Assembly (NCBI GenBank): GCA_046757665.1
Contig: JBHHYO010000015.1
Span: 1-38,263 of the forward strand
From: Nitrospinales bacterium
GTDB taxonomy: Bacteria > Nitrospinota > Nitrospinia > Nitrospinales > JAJDAT01
Length of the DNA: 38,263 nucleotides
Direction of reading: 5' to 3'
Position numbers and translations under genes: made by a program. The notes beneath the pieces are model-generated. The model worked only from the letters and a program-made list of their open reading frames with translations, did no database searches and had not been told where the DNA came from. This document shows, in pieces, positions 1-9,036 of this stretch; within the stretch, counting starts at the first letter, position 1, and each line of letters starts with the position of its first letter.

Positions 1-35
1 TGCTGATCCCCGAAATCAAGCACGGCCGCCGATGA
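1..35 (+). CDS. 3' end of a gene entering the window (...LIPEIKHGRR*)
   Basis: Open frame from position 3 to TGA at 33-35; too short to identify. Confidence 0.35.
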   Translation, partial: LIPEIKHGRR

Positions 36-51
36 CCGGCGCACGCCTTCC

Positions 52-235
52 TTAAAACGTGTACTGGAACATCAAATAGGTAAAATTAATATCATCGGCG
101 GCTCCGGATTCCTCGATAAAATCGCCGGAGTACAAGTGACTGTAACCCAGCAGAACATCGAAGTGCCGGTTGAAATCATAGGTGGCGGTGACGTCGATTT
201 CATTGCCGATTTCGCGGGACGCTCCTGCCGACCCA
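52..235 (-). pseudogene. C-terminal fragment of an alginate-export (AlgE-like) outer-membrane beta-barrel protein
   Basis: The last ~60 aa of ORF 52..516 (GASREIGNEIDVTATYDFNRHFDVLLGYSHLYSGDFIEESGAADDINFTYLMFQYTF*) show alternating beta-strand periodicity and a terminal Phe. The upstream in-frame sequence looks non-coding and there is no room for a full gene. Confidence 0.6.
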
Positions 236-439
236 GGTTCGCAGGCTGTTGCTCCACGGCAGTGGGCTGACCAGCCTTTGCTTGCCCATCGACAGTTCCT
301 GCCGCCCCGGACGAATGGTGAAAGAGACGTTGCTGGAGACCGGAATCCGCACGTCGAAAAAAGCCTATTGCAGTGCAATCGAATCGGCGTCAACTGTCCT
401 GCGGCCGCCCGGCAGGGCGCGTCCGTGCTTGAGCGGATT

Positions 440-1426
440 TTACCGCCGACGGTTGCGCTTGCCGGAATGGTTGTCGGCAATGCGGCACAGACCGGCCACG
501 AGACTCCCCAGAACACAGTGGGTGAGGGCCGAGACGGCGCCCGGAACCGTCGCCAGACCGAAACCGGGAAAGTTGTTGCGCGCCAGTTCCGTCGCCAGTC
601 CGGAGTTTTGCATCCCCACCTCGATGGATACCGTGCGCGAATCCGTCTCCACGAACTTCAGCAAGCGGGACAGCGCGTAGCCCAACAAAAACCCAAAAAC
701 GTGCAGTCCCACCACCGCCATCATCAACAGCGCCCCCGTTTCCAGCACCGCTTCCTTCTTGGCGGCCAGAATGAAATCGACAATGAAGACGATGGCAAGC
801 ACCGCCAGAAACGGCGTGTACGGATTGACGATTTTGATCCAGCGGTGAAAGTAGTGGTTCAGAAAAACGCCCGCGGAGACCGGAAGGATCACCACCTTGA
901 AGGTGTCGATCAACAGTCCCAGGGTGTCGACCTCAATGCCTCCCACCGGCAGGTCCCGCGCCAGCGATTCCACAAGCACGGTGGTCAGCAAGGGGGTCAT
1001 CACAACCGCGAGCAGTGTGGAGCAGGTGGTCAGGCTCACCGACAACGCCACGTTGGCGCGGGCAATGAAGCAAACGACGTTGGAGGCGGTGCCTCCCGGA
1101 CAACTGGCCACCAGCACCAGGCCGATCATGTAGTCGGCGGGCAGTTTCAGAAACTTCGCCAGAGCGTATCCCAGGACGGGCATGATGAGGTATTGCAGGC
1201 CGACGCCCAGCAAAATGGAGCGCGGCGCCTCCAGGACGCGCCGGAAATCCTCGAAGTCCAGCGTCAGCCCCATGCTGAGCATGATGATTCCCAGAAACAC
1301 CGGCGTCCAGCCGGGCTGGAACCAGGTGGCCGTTTCGGGTTTCCAGAGAGCCAGGGCGGCCCCCGCCACCACCCAGACGGGAAAGGCGTTGGCGAGCGTC
1401 GCAAACAGTTTCTCGACGCTGTTCAA
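440..1426 (-). CDS. Bile acid:sodium symporter (BASS/SBF) family transporter
   Basis: Motifs MLSMGLTL, SCPGGTASNV and SIEVGMQNSGLA, with many TM helices. Start placed at TTG 1426 (uncertain; the ORF extends to 1480). Confidence 0.92.
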   Translation of the reverse strand: MNSVEKLFATLANAFPVWVVAGAALALWKPETATWFQPGWTPVFLGIIMLSMGLTLDFEDFRRVLEAPRSILLGVGLQYLIMPVLGYALAKFLKLPADYMIGLVLVASCPGGTASNVVCFIARANVALSVSLTTCSTLLAVVMTPLLTTVLVESLARDLPVGGIEVDTLGLLIDTFKVVILPVSAGVFLNHYFHRWIKIVNPYTPFLAVLAIVFIVDFILAAKKEAVLETGALLMMAVVGLHVFGFLLGYALSRLLKFVETDSRTVSIEVGMQNSGLATELARNNFPGFGLATVPGAVSALTHCVLGSLVAGLCRIADNHSGKRNRRR

Positions 1427-1492
1427 GGAACCGCTCGAAGGGGAAGGGGAAAAAAACCGCGGCAAACCGGCTCGCGGCAAGTGCGCGGACCC

Positions 1493-2143
1493 TCAGGGCT
1501 TTTGAGCGATGATGCTCGAATAGGCCGTCTTGCCGTCATCGACTTCCTGATAACGAATGATCTTGAAATCCTTGAAAATTTCCCGGAGTTCATTGGGCTT
1601 GAGCAGATAATCCTTGTTGAACCGGCGGTATTTCAGCAGGTTCGTGTTATAGGTTTCCACCACCGCCACGCCGCCGCTTTTCAATGCCCTCTTGATTTGC
1701 GGAAAAAGGCTTCGTTGCAAATAATACGTGTCGAGCACCACGTCGTAGGCGTTTTTTTCCAGTTGATAACTTTCCAGGTCCGCCACGCGGGTTTTGATTT
1801 TGACGCCGTGCGCCTCGGCGAGCTTGCGGGCTTTTTGCAGGCCCACGTCGGAAATATCCAACCCCAGCACGTCAAATCCCCGGGTGGCGAGGTAAACCCC
1901 GTTTCGTCCTTCACCCATGGCGAGATCCAGCGCCTTGCCCTTGGGCAACAAGCCGACGTTGTCCGCCAAAAAGCGGATGGGTTCCTTGCCGAACAGGTAC
2001 TTTCCCGTGTCGTACTTCCTGTCCCACCGTTCCTGATCCCGGGGACTGGCTTCCAGGAAAACCGCGGAGAGGACGACGATCAGGCAGGCCGCCAGCAAGC
2101 TGGTGGCATTGCGAATCGGGACGGATTGCTTGCCGGGGATCAT
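1493..2143 (-). CDS. Class I SAM-dependent methyltransferase (TehB-like) with an N-terminal hydrophobic/signal-like segment
   Basis: Motif I ALDLAMGEGRNGVYLA, GLDIS, ALKSGG, and N-terminal RWDRKY. ATG 2143 lies just downstream of a sigma70 promoter motif. Confidence 0.88.
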   Translation of the reverse strand: MIPGKQSVPIRNATSLLAACLIVVLSAVFLEASPRDQERWDRKYDTGKYLFGKEPIRFLADNVGLLPKGKALDLAMGEGRNGVYLATRGFDVLGLDISDVGLQKARKLAEAHGVKIKTRVADLESYQLEKNAYDVVLDTYYLQRSLFPQIKRALKSGGVAVVETYNTNLLKYRRFNKDYLLKPNELREIFKDFKIIRYQEVDDGKTAYSSIIAQKP

Positions 2144-2172
2144 GGGAAACCTTTTGGTGAATGCTGAACGAT

Positions 2173-2200
2173 ATTCTATCCCAGCCGCCCGGCCTGTCAA
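2173..2200 (-). promoter_or_regulatory. sigma70-type promoter for the methyltransferase-BASS genes
   Basis: Minus strand TTGACA-N16-TAGAAT. Confidence 0.6.
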
Positions 2201-2213
2201 GACCAATTCCCCG

Positions 2214-2242
2214 TTTACTTGGCGCCCGGGACAAGCTAAAAT
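2214..2242 (+). promoter_or_regulatory. sigma70-type promoter for the DUF1566 gene (divergent)
   Basis: TTTACT-N17-TAAAAT. Confidence 0.45.
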
Positions 2243-2301
2243 TTCAAATGAAGCCACTTTTGCAATTTTTCTCCTTACATCAAGAAAGGATAAGCGCAAA
2301 A

Positions 2302-2838
2302 ATGAAACTTTGGATACGATCCCTTCTGGCGCTGGCGGTGTTGAGTTTGTTGCCGGCCCATCAAGCCGCGTCGGCGACCGCGGAAAAAACGCCGGTGGTC
2401 CGGTCCGTGGATTCGCGGTTCATGGATTTCGGCGACGGCACCATCCTCGACACCAAGACCCGTCTGATGTGGATGAAACAAGACTACTGGCAGATGGAGG
2501 GCAAATGGGTGAACTGGTACACCGCCAACGAGTTTCTGCAAAAAATCAATCATAAAAAATTCGCCGGCCATGCCGATTGGCGACTGCCCACGCCCGAGGA
2601 AGCGGCGACCCTTTACGACCGCCGCAAACGCAATACCGACAAGGACGGCGACAAAGTTTATATCGACCGGATTTTCCCCGCCGGGCCGGGATGGGGAACC
2701 TGGACCAGCAAGGAAAACGGCGGCCAGGCGGTCGTCGTCTCCTACAAGGACGAAGGCGGCCAGGCGTTCCAGGACAAAATCAGCGGCCCGGACGCTTTCA
2801 TCCGCCCGGTGCGCGGCCCCGTTCCAGCGCCGGAGTGA
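2302..2838 (+). CDS. Exported DUF1566 (Lcl C-terminal-like) domain protein
   Basis: Signal peptide MKLWIRSLLALAVLSLLPAHQAASA; motifs DFGDGTILDTKTRLMW and FAGHADWRLPT.EE. Confidence 0.85.
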   Translation: MKLWIRSLLALAVLSLLPAHQAASATAEKTPVVRSVDSRFMDFGDGTILDTKTRLMWMKQDYWQMEGKWVNWYTANEFLQKINHKKFAGHADWRLPTPEEAATLYDRRKRNTDKDGDKVYIDRIFPAGPGWGTWTSKENGGQAVVVSYKDEGGQAFQDKISGPDAFIRPVRGPVPAPE

Positions 2839-2899
2839 AAACGGATTCGGACGCGGAAGACAACCTTTGCGAAGCCTCGGCTACGGCGTCAAGAACCGC

Positions 2900-2928
2900 T
2901 TGATGTTGAAGCGGATTCCAGATACTAT
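2900..2928 (+). promoter_or_regulatory. sigma70-type promoter for hicB
   Basis: TTGATG-N17-TACTAT upstream of ATG 2964. Confidence 0.5.
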
Positions 2929-2963
2929 CCAGACAGGTTAAGTCAACATAACAGGAATGGAAC

Positions 2964-3128
2964 ATGGCCAGAACGTACACCATCATCATAGAGAAAGACG
3001 AGGAAGGGTGGTATGTTTCCGAGGCGGTCGGATTGCCGGGTTGCCATACACAGGCCAAATCGGTGGATGAGCTGATGGAGCGTACCAGGGAGGCCATCAA
3101 AGCGTATCTTTCCCCACCACGCCGGTGA
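2964..3128 (+). CDS. hicB: HicB-family antitoxin, 54 aa, probably C-terminally clipped (absent from the ORF track)
   Basis: MARTYTIIIEKDEEGWYVSEAVGLPGCHTQAKSVDELMERTREAIKAYL matches the HicB/UPF0150 signature LPGC.TQ...EE...EAI..YL. Confidence 0.85.
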   Translation: MARTYTIIIEKDEEGWYVSEAVGLPGCHTQAKSVDELMERTREAIKAYLSPPRR

Positions 3129-3210
3129 AGAGATCGGCCCCGGATTGCTCACCAAAATCATCAAAAAAGACCTTGGCATCACCAGGGAAGAATTTCTTAA
3201 AAAACTATAA
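3112..3210 (+). pseudogene. hicA: C-terminal remnant of a HicA-family toxin
   Basis: PHHAGEEIGPGLLTKIIKKDLGITREEFLKKL* is a typical HicA C-terminus. There is no start codon after the in-frame TGA at 3073 and the N-terminal GSH region is absent. Confidence 0.75.
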
Positions 3211-3318
3211 ACCAACCCTCCCGCCGCGCGAATCCGCGCCATCCATAACATCTTGTTTTACATGGTAATTTTGATACAATGCGGGTGTCGGCAATTTTAA
3301 TCCGCACCCGAAAAAACC

Positions 3319-6216
3319 ATGGCCCAGGAAAGCAAACAAAAGCCCTCCGGCAAAAAGCTCCGCACCTCGCAATTGACATTCGCTCTCCCCAAGGAGTTGC
3401 ACAATGAATTCAAAGCCCGGTTGGAGGAGGTTCGAGATCGGGAAAAAGCCGCCGCCGAAAAAATGCGGCAATTGCTCGAAAAGGAAAAAACCGTCGATGC
3501 CGTCCGCCTGAAGCTGGAAGAGCAAGAAACCGCGTTCAGAATGCAAATGCAAAAGCAGATGGCCGCGTTGCAACAGCGCTCCGAGCAAGAAAAAAAACTC
3601 TCGCGGGCCGAAATCGGCCGCCTGAAAAAAGAATTGGAGGACAACCGGCAACAATGCGAAATCCTCCGGGCCAACCGCGACAAAACCCTCGAAGAATGGC
3701 AAAAACAAAAAACCCGACTGGAGAACAAACTCCTGAGCGAAGAGGCGGCGTATAAGGAAAAATTCGACGTCCTGACAGAGCAACTGCACGCCCTCACCGA
3801 GGACAAGGCCGAATTTCTTGAAAGGAAAAAACGCGATCGCCGGCGCGCCGCCCAGAAAGAAGCCCACGCAAAAAAAGCCGCCGCCGAACAAGCCAAAAAA
3901 ATACGCGAAATCAAAGCCGCACTCAAGGAAGCCGAACAAACCAAAAAACAATACAAAGCCCAACTGGACCAGGAATTCCAGGCCAAGGTCGAAGAACTCA
4001 AAAAGGAATTCGACGAACGATCCGAGTACCACAACCGCCGGCTCGACGAGGCCCGGGAAGAAGAAATTCAACTCGAACGCAAATGGGAAGCTTTGAAAAC
4101 CCGGGAACAAAGCCTGATCCTGGAAGCCCAAAGAAAAAGCGACGAACAGACCAAGGTGAAGCAAGCCGAGTTGGACAAGCGCGACAAGGCGCTGGTCCAA
4201 CTGCAAAAACAACTGACCGAACAGGAAGAAATCCTGAACGAGCAAAGAAAACAGCTCATCAGAACCCTGAAAGTCCCCAAGGGAGCCAAGTTTATCGCCG
4301 CTCAGCTGAACAACCTTGCCCTGGAGGAAGAGAAGGTTTTAAACAGCAAGAAAGAATTCCTCCAGTCGCTCAAAAAACTGCACGCCCCCGACGACGAAAT
4401 CATCCGACGGAAAATCCAGGTTTACGAAAAGGAAAAAAACAAGGCCCTTGCCAAGCTCAGGGAAGAACAGGAGGAACTCAAAAAAGAGCGGGAAAGGCTC
4501 CGGAAAAAAGAGCAGGCCTTCATCCGCCGCGAAACCGCGGAACTCAAGCGCCTCAATGAAGACTACGAGGAATTCAAGGATTCCCTGGAAATCGAACAAA
4601 TGGAACAAAACACGCAACTGGACGAAATGCGCGACAAACTCCACCAGGAAGAACAAAAGCTCCTCGAACGCATGAAACAACAGCAACAAGATGAACTGGA
4701 AGCGGCCCAGAGAATCAAGGAACGCGAGGACCTGGCAGTCAAGGAACTCGAAGCAGTTCAGAAAGTCGAGAAAGCCTTGCTCCTGAAACAACAGGAAATG
4801 GACAACTTCCTGAACAATTTCCAAACAACTTACAAGCGCCGGCTGGATCTGCAAGCCTCGGAATTTGAAACTTTCAAAAAGAAACTCGACGACCTGAAAG
4901 CCGAGGCCGAGACCATGAACCGATCCCTGAAAGAAAAAGAAGAACGCATCCGGGAACAATCCCGCGCAATCGAGGAAGCCGCCTCTACAAAACTCCGGGA
5001 CCGCGAAGCCCTGATCGACGCCATGGAGCAGGAACTGCGCGGCAAGCTGAAAGAATACCAGGCCCATGTAACGGCGTTGCGATCCGCGAAAAAGGAAATC
5101 ATCCTCCGCGACCAGGCCCGCCAGGCCGAATACCTTGAAAGCCTGAGCCACTACGAAAGCAGGCTGTTCAAGCTGGGCAAGGCGTTCGAGGACTTGTCCG
5201 CGGCGTTCCAGGCGGAGAAGGACAGCGGGCGGGTCGAAGTCATTGCCGATGAAGGCGGCGTCCAGGGCAATTACAAAACCCGCATTACCAAGGACGGCGA
5301 CCTGGCAAAACTCGAATGGCCCTTCGCCGTCCGCTGTAAAATTGACCCCGATTCCATGAACATCGACGACTCAATGCTCAAGGAATACCTGGATGCTACC
5401 GCCGAACGCTGGGACGAGTGGATCGACGTTCCGCCGGGTGAGTACTGGATGGGACTCCCGGACTCCCGGGAGTCGTCGCCTCATCGCCGCATCAAAATCG
5501 ACAAACCCGTCGCCATCGCCAAATACCCGCTGACCAGCGCCCAGTTCTATCAATTCATCCACGCCACCGGCTACAAAACCGAAGCGGAACAGACGGTGAA
5601 CGGCATTGTCTATCACGACGGCCGGCATCTGTACGCGAACGCGGAGGGAAGGCTCATCAACCAATCCTACGCCAACCCCAGTCTCAACCCCGAGGAAGCC
5701 GCCGCTTGGTTTCGCCCCAACGGGCAACCGGAATCGCTCTTCGAAAAACACAATCACCCCGTCACCCAGGTGACGTGGAACGACGCCATGGCCTATTGCC
5801 GGTGGAAAAGCGAACAGATGGGCGCGACGGTCCGCCTTCCCTGGGAAAGCGAATGGGAGTACGTCGCAAAAAATTTCGGCACACTGCCGCCGGAGGAATT
5901 TTACTGGAGCCAGGACGAGATCAAGGACTATTGCAATATCGAGGAAACCGGAATCGGCGACACCACGCCCGTCAATTATTTCCCCGAACCGGAGATGGGC
6001 GTTCGGGATTTGTTCGGCAACGTTTATGAATGGATGATGGACGCGCGCGCGCAACATCCGTCCCGGTCCGCAAAAAACGGCCTCGAATACAAAATGGCGC
6101 GGGGGGGCAGTTACATCACCCATTACCGGCACATCGCGCCCTGGCGGCGACTGCCGTTTGTGATCAATTATTGCACCTCATTTCTGGGGTTCCGGGTGGT
6201 GGTCGAGGGAGGCTAA
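3319..6216 (+). CDS. Long coiled-coil protein with a C-terminal formylglycine-generating-enzyme (FGE/SUMF1)-like domain
   Basis: About 630 aa rich in E/K/Q/L/R, followed by VPPGEYWMG, HPVTQVTWNDAMAYCRW, RLPWESEWEY, DLFGNVYEW, RGGSY and LGFRVV. Confidence 0.88.
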   Translation: MAQESKQKPSGKKLRTSQLTFALPKELHNEFKARLEEVRDREKAAAEKMRQLLEKEKTVDAVRLKLEEQETAFRMQMQKQMAALQQRSEQEKKLSRAEIGRLKKELEDNRQQCEILRANRDKTLEEWQKQKTRLENKLLSEEAAYKEKFDVLTEQLHALTEDKAEFLERKKRDRRRAAQKEAHAKKAAAEQAKKIREIKAALKEAEQTKKQYKAQLDQEFQAKVEELKKEFDERSEYHNRRLDEAREEEIQLERKWEALKTREQSLILEAQRKSDEQTKVKQAELDKRDKALVQLQKQLTEQEEILNEQRKQLIRTLKVPKGAKFIAAQLNNLALEEEKVLNSKKEFLQSLKKLHAPDDEIIRRKIQVYEKEKNKALAKLREEQEELKKERERLRKKEQAFIRRETAELKRLNEDYEEFKDSLEIEQMEQNTQLDEMRDKLHQEEQKLLERMKQQQQDELEAAQRIKEREDLAVKELEAVQKVEKALLLKQQEMDNFLNNFQTTYKRRLDLQASEFETFKKKLDDLKAEAETMNRSLKEKEERIREQSRAIEEAASTKLRDREALIDAMEQELRGKLKEYQAHVTALRSAKKEIILRDQARQAEYLESLSHYESRLFKLGKAFEDLSAAFQAEKDSGRVEVIADEGGVQGNYKTRITKDGDLAKLEWPFAVRCKIDPDSMNIDDSMLKEYLDATAERWDEWIDVPPGEYWMGLPDSRESSPHRRIKIDKPVAIAKYPLTSAQFYQFIHATGYKTEAEQTVNGIVYHDGRHLYANAEGRLINQSYANPSLNPEEAAAWFRPNGQPESLFEKHNHPVTQVTWNDAMAYCRWKSEQMGATVRLPWESEWEYVAKNFGTLPPEEFYWSQDEIKDYCNIEETGIGDTTPVNYFPEPEMGVRDLFGNVYEWMMDARAQHPSRSAKNGLEYKMARGGSYITHYRHIAPWRRLPFVINYCTSFLGFRVVVEGG

Positions 6217-6239
6217 CCCTTCCCGGACGCGGCCGTTCC

Positions 6240-6268
6240 TTGATATCGCCCTTGAAACCTGTTATAAA
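6240..6268 (+). promoter_or_regulatory. sigma70-type promoter for the purE operon
   Basis: TTGATA-N17-TATAAA with an extended -10 TG. Confidence 0.45.
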
Positions 6269-6295
6269 ATCGGACTTCGATCAACTTTATCCGGA

Positions 6296-6811
6296 GTGAA
6301 CCGTTCCTTGAAAAAACCCATGGTCGGCATATTGATGGGCAGTGATTCGGATTTCCCCGTCATGGAAGAATCCTGCAAAATCCTGGACCAGCTCGGCATC
6401 GCGCATGAAACGCGGGTGGCCTCGGCCCACCGGTCGCCGGGGCGGACGCAGACCTACGCCCGCGAGGCCCGGAAACGGGGGATCAAGGTATTGATCGCCG
6501 GCGCCGGCGGCGCCGCCCATCTGGCGGGAGTGCTGGCGGCGGAAACCGTTCTGCCGGTCATCGGCGTTCCCATCTCGTCCACCACCTTGCAAGGCCTGGA
6601 CTCGCTGTTGTCCACCAGCCAGATGCCGGGGGGCGTTCCCGTGGCGGCCATGGCCGTCGGCAAGGCCGGCGCCAAAAACGCCGGCATCCTCGCCGCGCAA
6701 ATCCTCGCCCTGAACGACGCCAAACTGGCCGGCAAGCTCCAACGGTTCAAAAAAAACCTGGACCGGGAAGTCGAAGCCAAAAACCGCAAACTCAATTCCC
6801 GCCATGCCTAA
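6296..6811 (+). CDS. purE: N5-carboxyaminoimidazole ribonucleotide mutase
   Basis: VGILMGSDSD, SAHRSP, IAGAGGAAHLAGV and PVIGVP motifs; start codon uncertain (GTG 6296 or ATG 6320). Confidence 0.97.
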   Translation: MNRSLKKPMVGILMGSDSDFPVMEESCKILDQLGIAHETRVASAHRSPGRTQTYAREARKRGIKVLIAGAGGAAHLAGVLAAETVLPVIGVPISSTTLQGLDSLLSTSQMPGGVPVAAMAVGKAGAKNAGILAAQILALNDAKLAGKLQRFKKNLDREVEAKNRKLNSRHA

Positions 6812-7472
6812 AATCGTTAGCATTGATTTCCGCCATCCGGAGAAAGCGCAACCCGCTCTCAAAACCATCCGGGGCGTTCTGGAGGCGGGCGGGGTCATCG
6901 CCTTTCCCACGGACACCTTTTACGGCCTGGGGGCCGACCCCGGCAACGAGCGGGCGGTCAAAAAAATTTTCCGTATCAAGCGCCGGCCGGCCCACAAGCC
7001 ACTGCTGATCCTGGTGGCGTCCCGAAAACAAGCGGCGGCGGTGGTAGAGGAAATTCCGCCCGACGCGGAAACCTTGATGCAGGCGTTATGGCCGGGGCCG
7101 CTGACCCTGCTGTTGCGCGCCCGGCCCGTCCTGCCGCAATCCCTGACCGCCGGCTCGGGAAAAATCGGCGTGCGCCTTCCGGCAAGCCCGTTCGCCCGGC
7201 AACTGATCGAACACCTCGGCCACCCGCTCACCGCTCCCAGCGCCAACATCAGCGGCGCGGAAAACATTCGCACCGCGACGGAAGTCCGCCAAGCCCTGGG
7301 CTCAACCCTGGATCTGATCGTCGACGGCGGCCCGACGCCCGGCGGCAAGGCGTCCACCATTCTCGACACCACCCTGTCGCCCCCCGAACTTTTGCGGGAA
7401 GGACAGATAACGCGGGAACACATTGAAACGATCCTGGGAAAAAGCGTCGCGCAACCCGTGCCCATCCATTAA
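6804..7472 (+). CDS. tsaC: L-threonylcarbamoyladenylate synthase (YrdC/Sua5 family)
   Basis: AFPTDTFYGLGAD, IKRRPAHKPL, WPGPLTL, APSANISG and ASTILD motifs. Confidence 0.95.
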   Translation: MPKIVSIDFRHPEKAQPALKTIRGVLEAGGVIAFPTDTFYGLGADPGNERAVKKIFRIKRRPAHKPLLILVASRKQAAAVVEEIPPDAETLMQALWPGPLTLLLRARPVLPQSLTAGSGKIGVRLPASPFARQLIEHLGHPLTAPSANISGAENIRTATEVRQALGSTLDLIVDGGPTPGGKASTILDTTLSPPELLREGQITREHIETILGKSVAQPVPIH

Positions 7473-7510
7473 CGACCCGCGCCAAGCGGCGGCGGACTCC
7501 GGAAAACGCA

Positions 7511-7891
7511 ATGATCCACGGCACCGGCATCGACATCATAGAAATCGCCCGCATTAAAAAATCGTTGCAACGGTTCGCGGGCCGGTTCGAGGAAAAAGTT
7601 TTCACGGCGCCCGAAATCGAGTATTGCCGCGGCAAAGCCGACCCTGGCAAGCATTTCGCCGCCCGCTTCGCCGTCAAGGAAGCGGTGCTGAAATCATTGG
7701 GCACCGGAATGAGCCGGGGAATCGCCTGGAAAGACATCGAGGTGCTCAACCACGCCGAAAGCGGTAAACCCTATCTGCGGATGGACGGCAAGGGCAAAGT
7801 GGTCTTTGAAACTCTCAAGCTCAAACACATTCACATTTCCATTTCCCACGAAAAACATTACGCCGTCGCCCATGCCGTCGCGGAAAAATAA
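7511..7891 (+). CDS. acpS: Holo-[acyl-carrier-protein] synthase
   Basis: GTGIDIIEIARI, FAARFAVKEAVLKSLGTG and ISISHEKHYAVA motifs. Confidence 0.97.
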   Translation: MIHGTGIDIIEIARIKKSLQRFAGRFEEKVFTAPEIEYCRGKADPGKHFAARFAVKEAVLKSLGTGMSRGIAWKDIEVLNHAESGKPYLRMDGKGKVVFETLKLKHIHISISHEKHYAVAHAVAEK

Positions 7892-7936
7892 GCCCCGGCG
7901 TAAACCGCCCGGCGCGGCCCGCGGCCAACGAAACCC

Positions 7937-8899
7937 TTGCGAACCGCCCGCGAAACATTGAAACACCCGATCCTAAAACAAATCAGGCACCGGCTGGAAT
8001 ACGGCGCGTTTTTGTGTTTCCTCCTGCTGGTTAGCCCCCTGTCCGCCCGCGGCGTCTTCCGTCTCGGACGCCTGCTGGGCGGCCTGGTCTACGCCGCCGG
8101 ACGCCAACGCAAACGCATCGCCGCAATCAATCTCGACATCGCCTTCGGCAACAATAAAACCCGCACCGAAAAAAAACGCATCGCCAGGGAATCTTTCCGC
8201 CAGCAGGCGGTGTCCCTGTTGCAATGCCTCTGGCTCCGCCACCGTCCGGCGGAGCGGCTGGGCGAACTGATCGACGGCGCACCGGAGGGAGTGGACGTGC
8301 TGCGGGATTGCCTGGCGCGGAAAAAGGGGGTGTTGCTCCTGACCGCCCATTACGGCAACTGGGAGGTGATGGGGCACTGCCACGGCTCGCTGGGCATCGC
8401 GCCGCTGGTCTCGGTCGCCCGCAAACTGGACAACCCGCTGCTGGAAAAGAACGCCGGGGAGTTCCGGGCGCTGTTCGGCAACGCCATCGTGCACAAGGAC
8501 GAGTCGCCGTTGAAAATGACGCGGGCGCTGAAAAACAACCACTGCGTCATCGTCATGATGGACCAGAACATGGCCCGCGACGGCGTATTCGTCGATTTCT
8601 TCGGCAAACCCGCCGCCACCACCGACTCCATTCCGCGGCTGAGCCTCGCCACCGGCGCGGCCATCGTCCCCCTGTTTGCCCTGCCGAACCGCGAGGGCCG
8701 GTACAAAATCAGGTACGGACCGGAAATCAAATATAAAACCACCGGGGACAAGAAAGCCGATGCCTTGACCCTGACGCGGCAGTGCGAACAATTTATCGAA
8801 TCGGTGATCCGGGAGCGCCCCGAACCGTGGATGTGGGGCCACCGCAGATGGAAAACCCGCCCGCCGGAAGAACACGCCCCGCCTGTTTATCCAGGATGA
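7937..8899 (+). CDS. Lipid A late acyltransferase (LpxL/HtrB family)
   Basis: TAHYGNWE, MDQN, VDFFGKPA and PEPWMWGHRRWKTRP motifs. Confidence 0.92.
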   Translation: MRTARETLKHPILKQIRHRLEYGAFLCFLLLVSPLSARGVFRLGRLLGGLVYAAGRQRKRIAAINLDIAFGNNKTRTEKKRIARESFRQQAVSLLQCLWLRHRPAERLGELIDGAPEGVDVLRDCLARKKGVLLLTAHYGNWEVMGHCHGSLGIAPLVSVARKLDNPLLEKNAGEFRALFGNAIVHKDESPLKMTRALKNNHCVIVMMDQNMARDGVFVDFFGKPAATTDSIPRLSLATGAAIVPLFALPNREGRYKIRYGPEIKYKTTGDKKADALTLTRQCEQFIESVIRERPEPWMWGHRRWKTRPPEEHAPPVYPG

Positions 8900-8933
8900 A
8901 GGAAGACCTTTTGCATAAGTATCCTTGTTCGAC

Positions 8934-9026
8934 TGTCATTGCGAGGCGGCAATCCAGAAAGGGCTCATACCCACCGGGCGCGGCCCGGCTGGATCGCCAC
9001 GCCGCTGATGGCGGCTCGCGATGACA
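8934..9026. repeat. Palindromic REP/RPE-like element
   Basis: Outer inverted repeat TGTCATTGCGAG...CTCGCGATGACA, inner GGCAATCCAG...CTGGATCGCC, and hairpin GCCGC-tgatg-GCGGC. Confidence 0.75.
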
Positions 9027-9036
9027 CCTGGCAGTT

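Noticed and set aside
182-2167. 661-aa plus-strand ORF
   Set aside because: Antisense shadow of the BASS and methyltransferase genes in GC-rich DNA; no motifs.
2840-2910. Minus-strand AVLDAVAEASQRLS, faintly like a DUF86/HepT toxin piece
   Set aside because: Too short and weak to support.
2302-6216. Diversity-generating retroelement, since DUF1566 and FGE domains are typical CLec-fold DGR targets
   Set aside because: No reverse transcriptase and no template repeat with adenine-specific mismatches to either 3' end was seen in the window; a remote DGR cannot be excluded.
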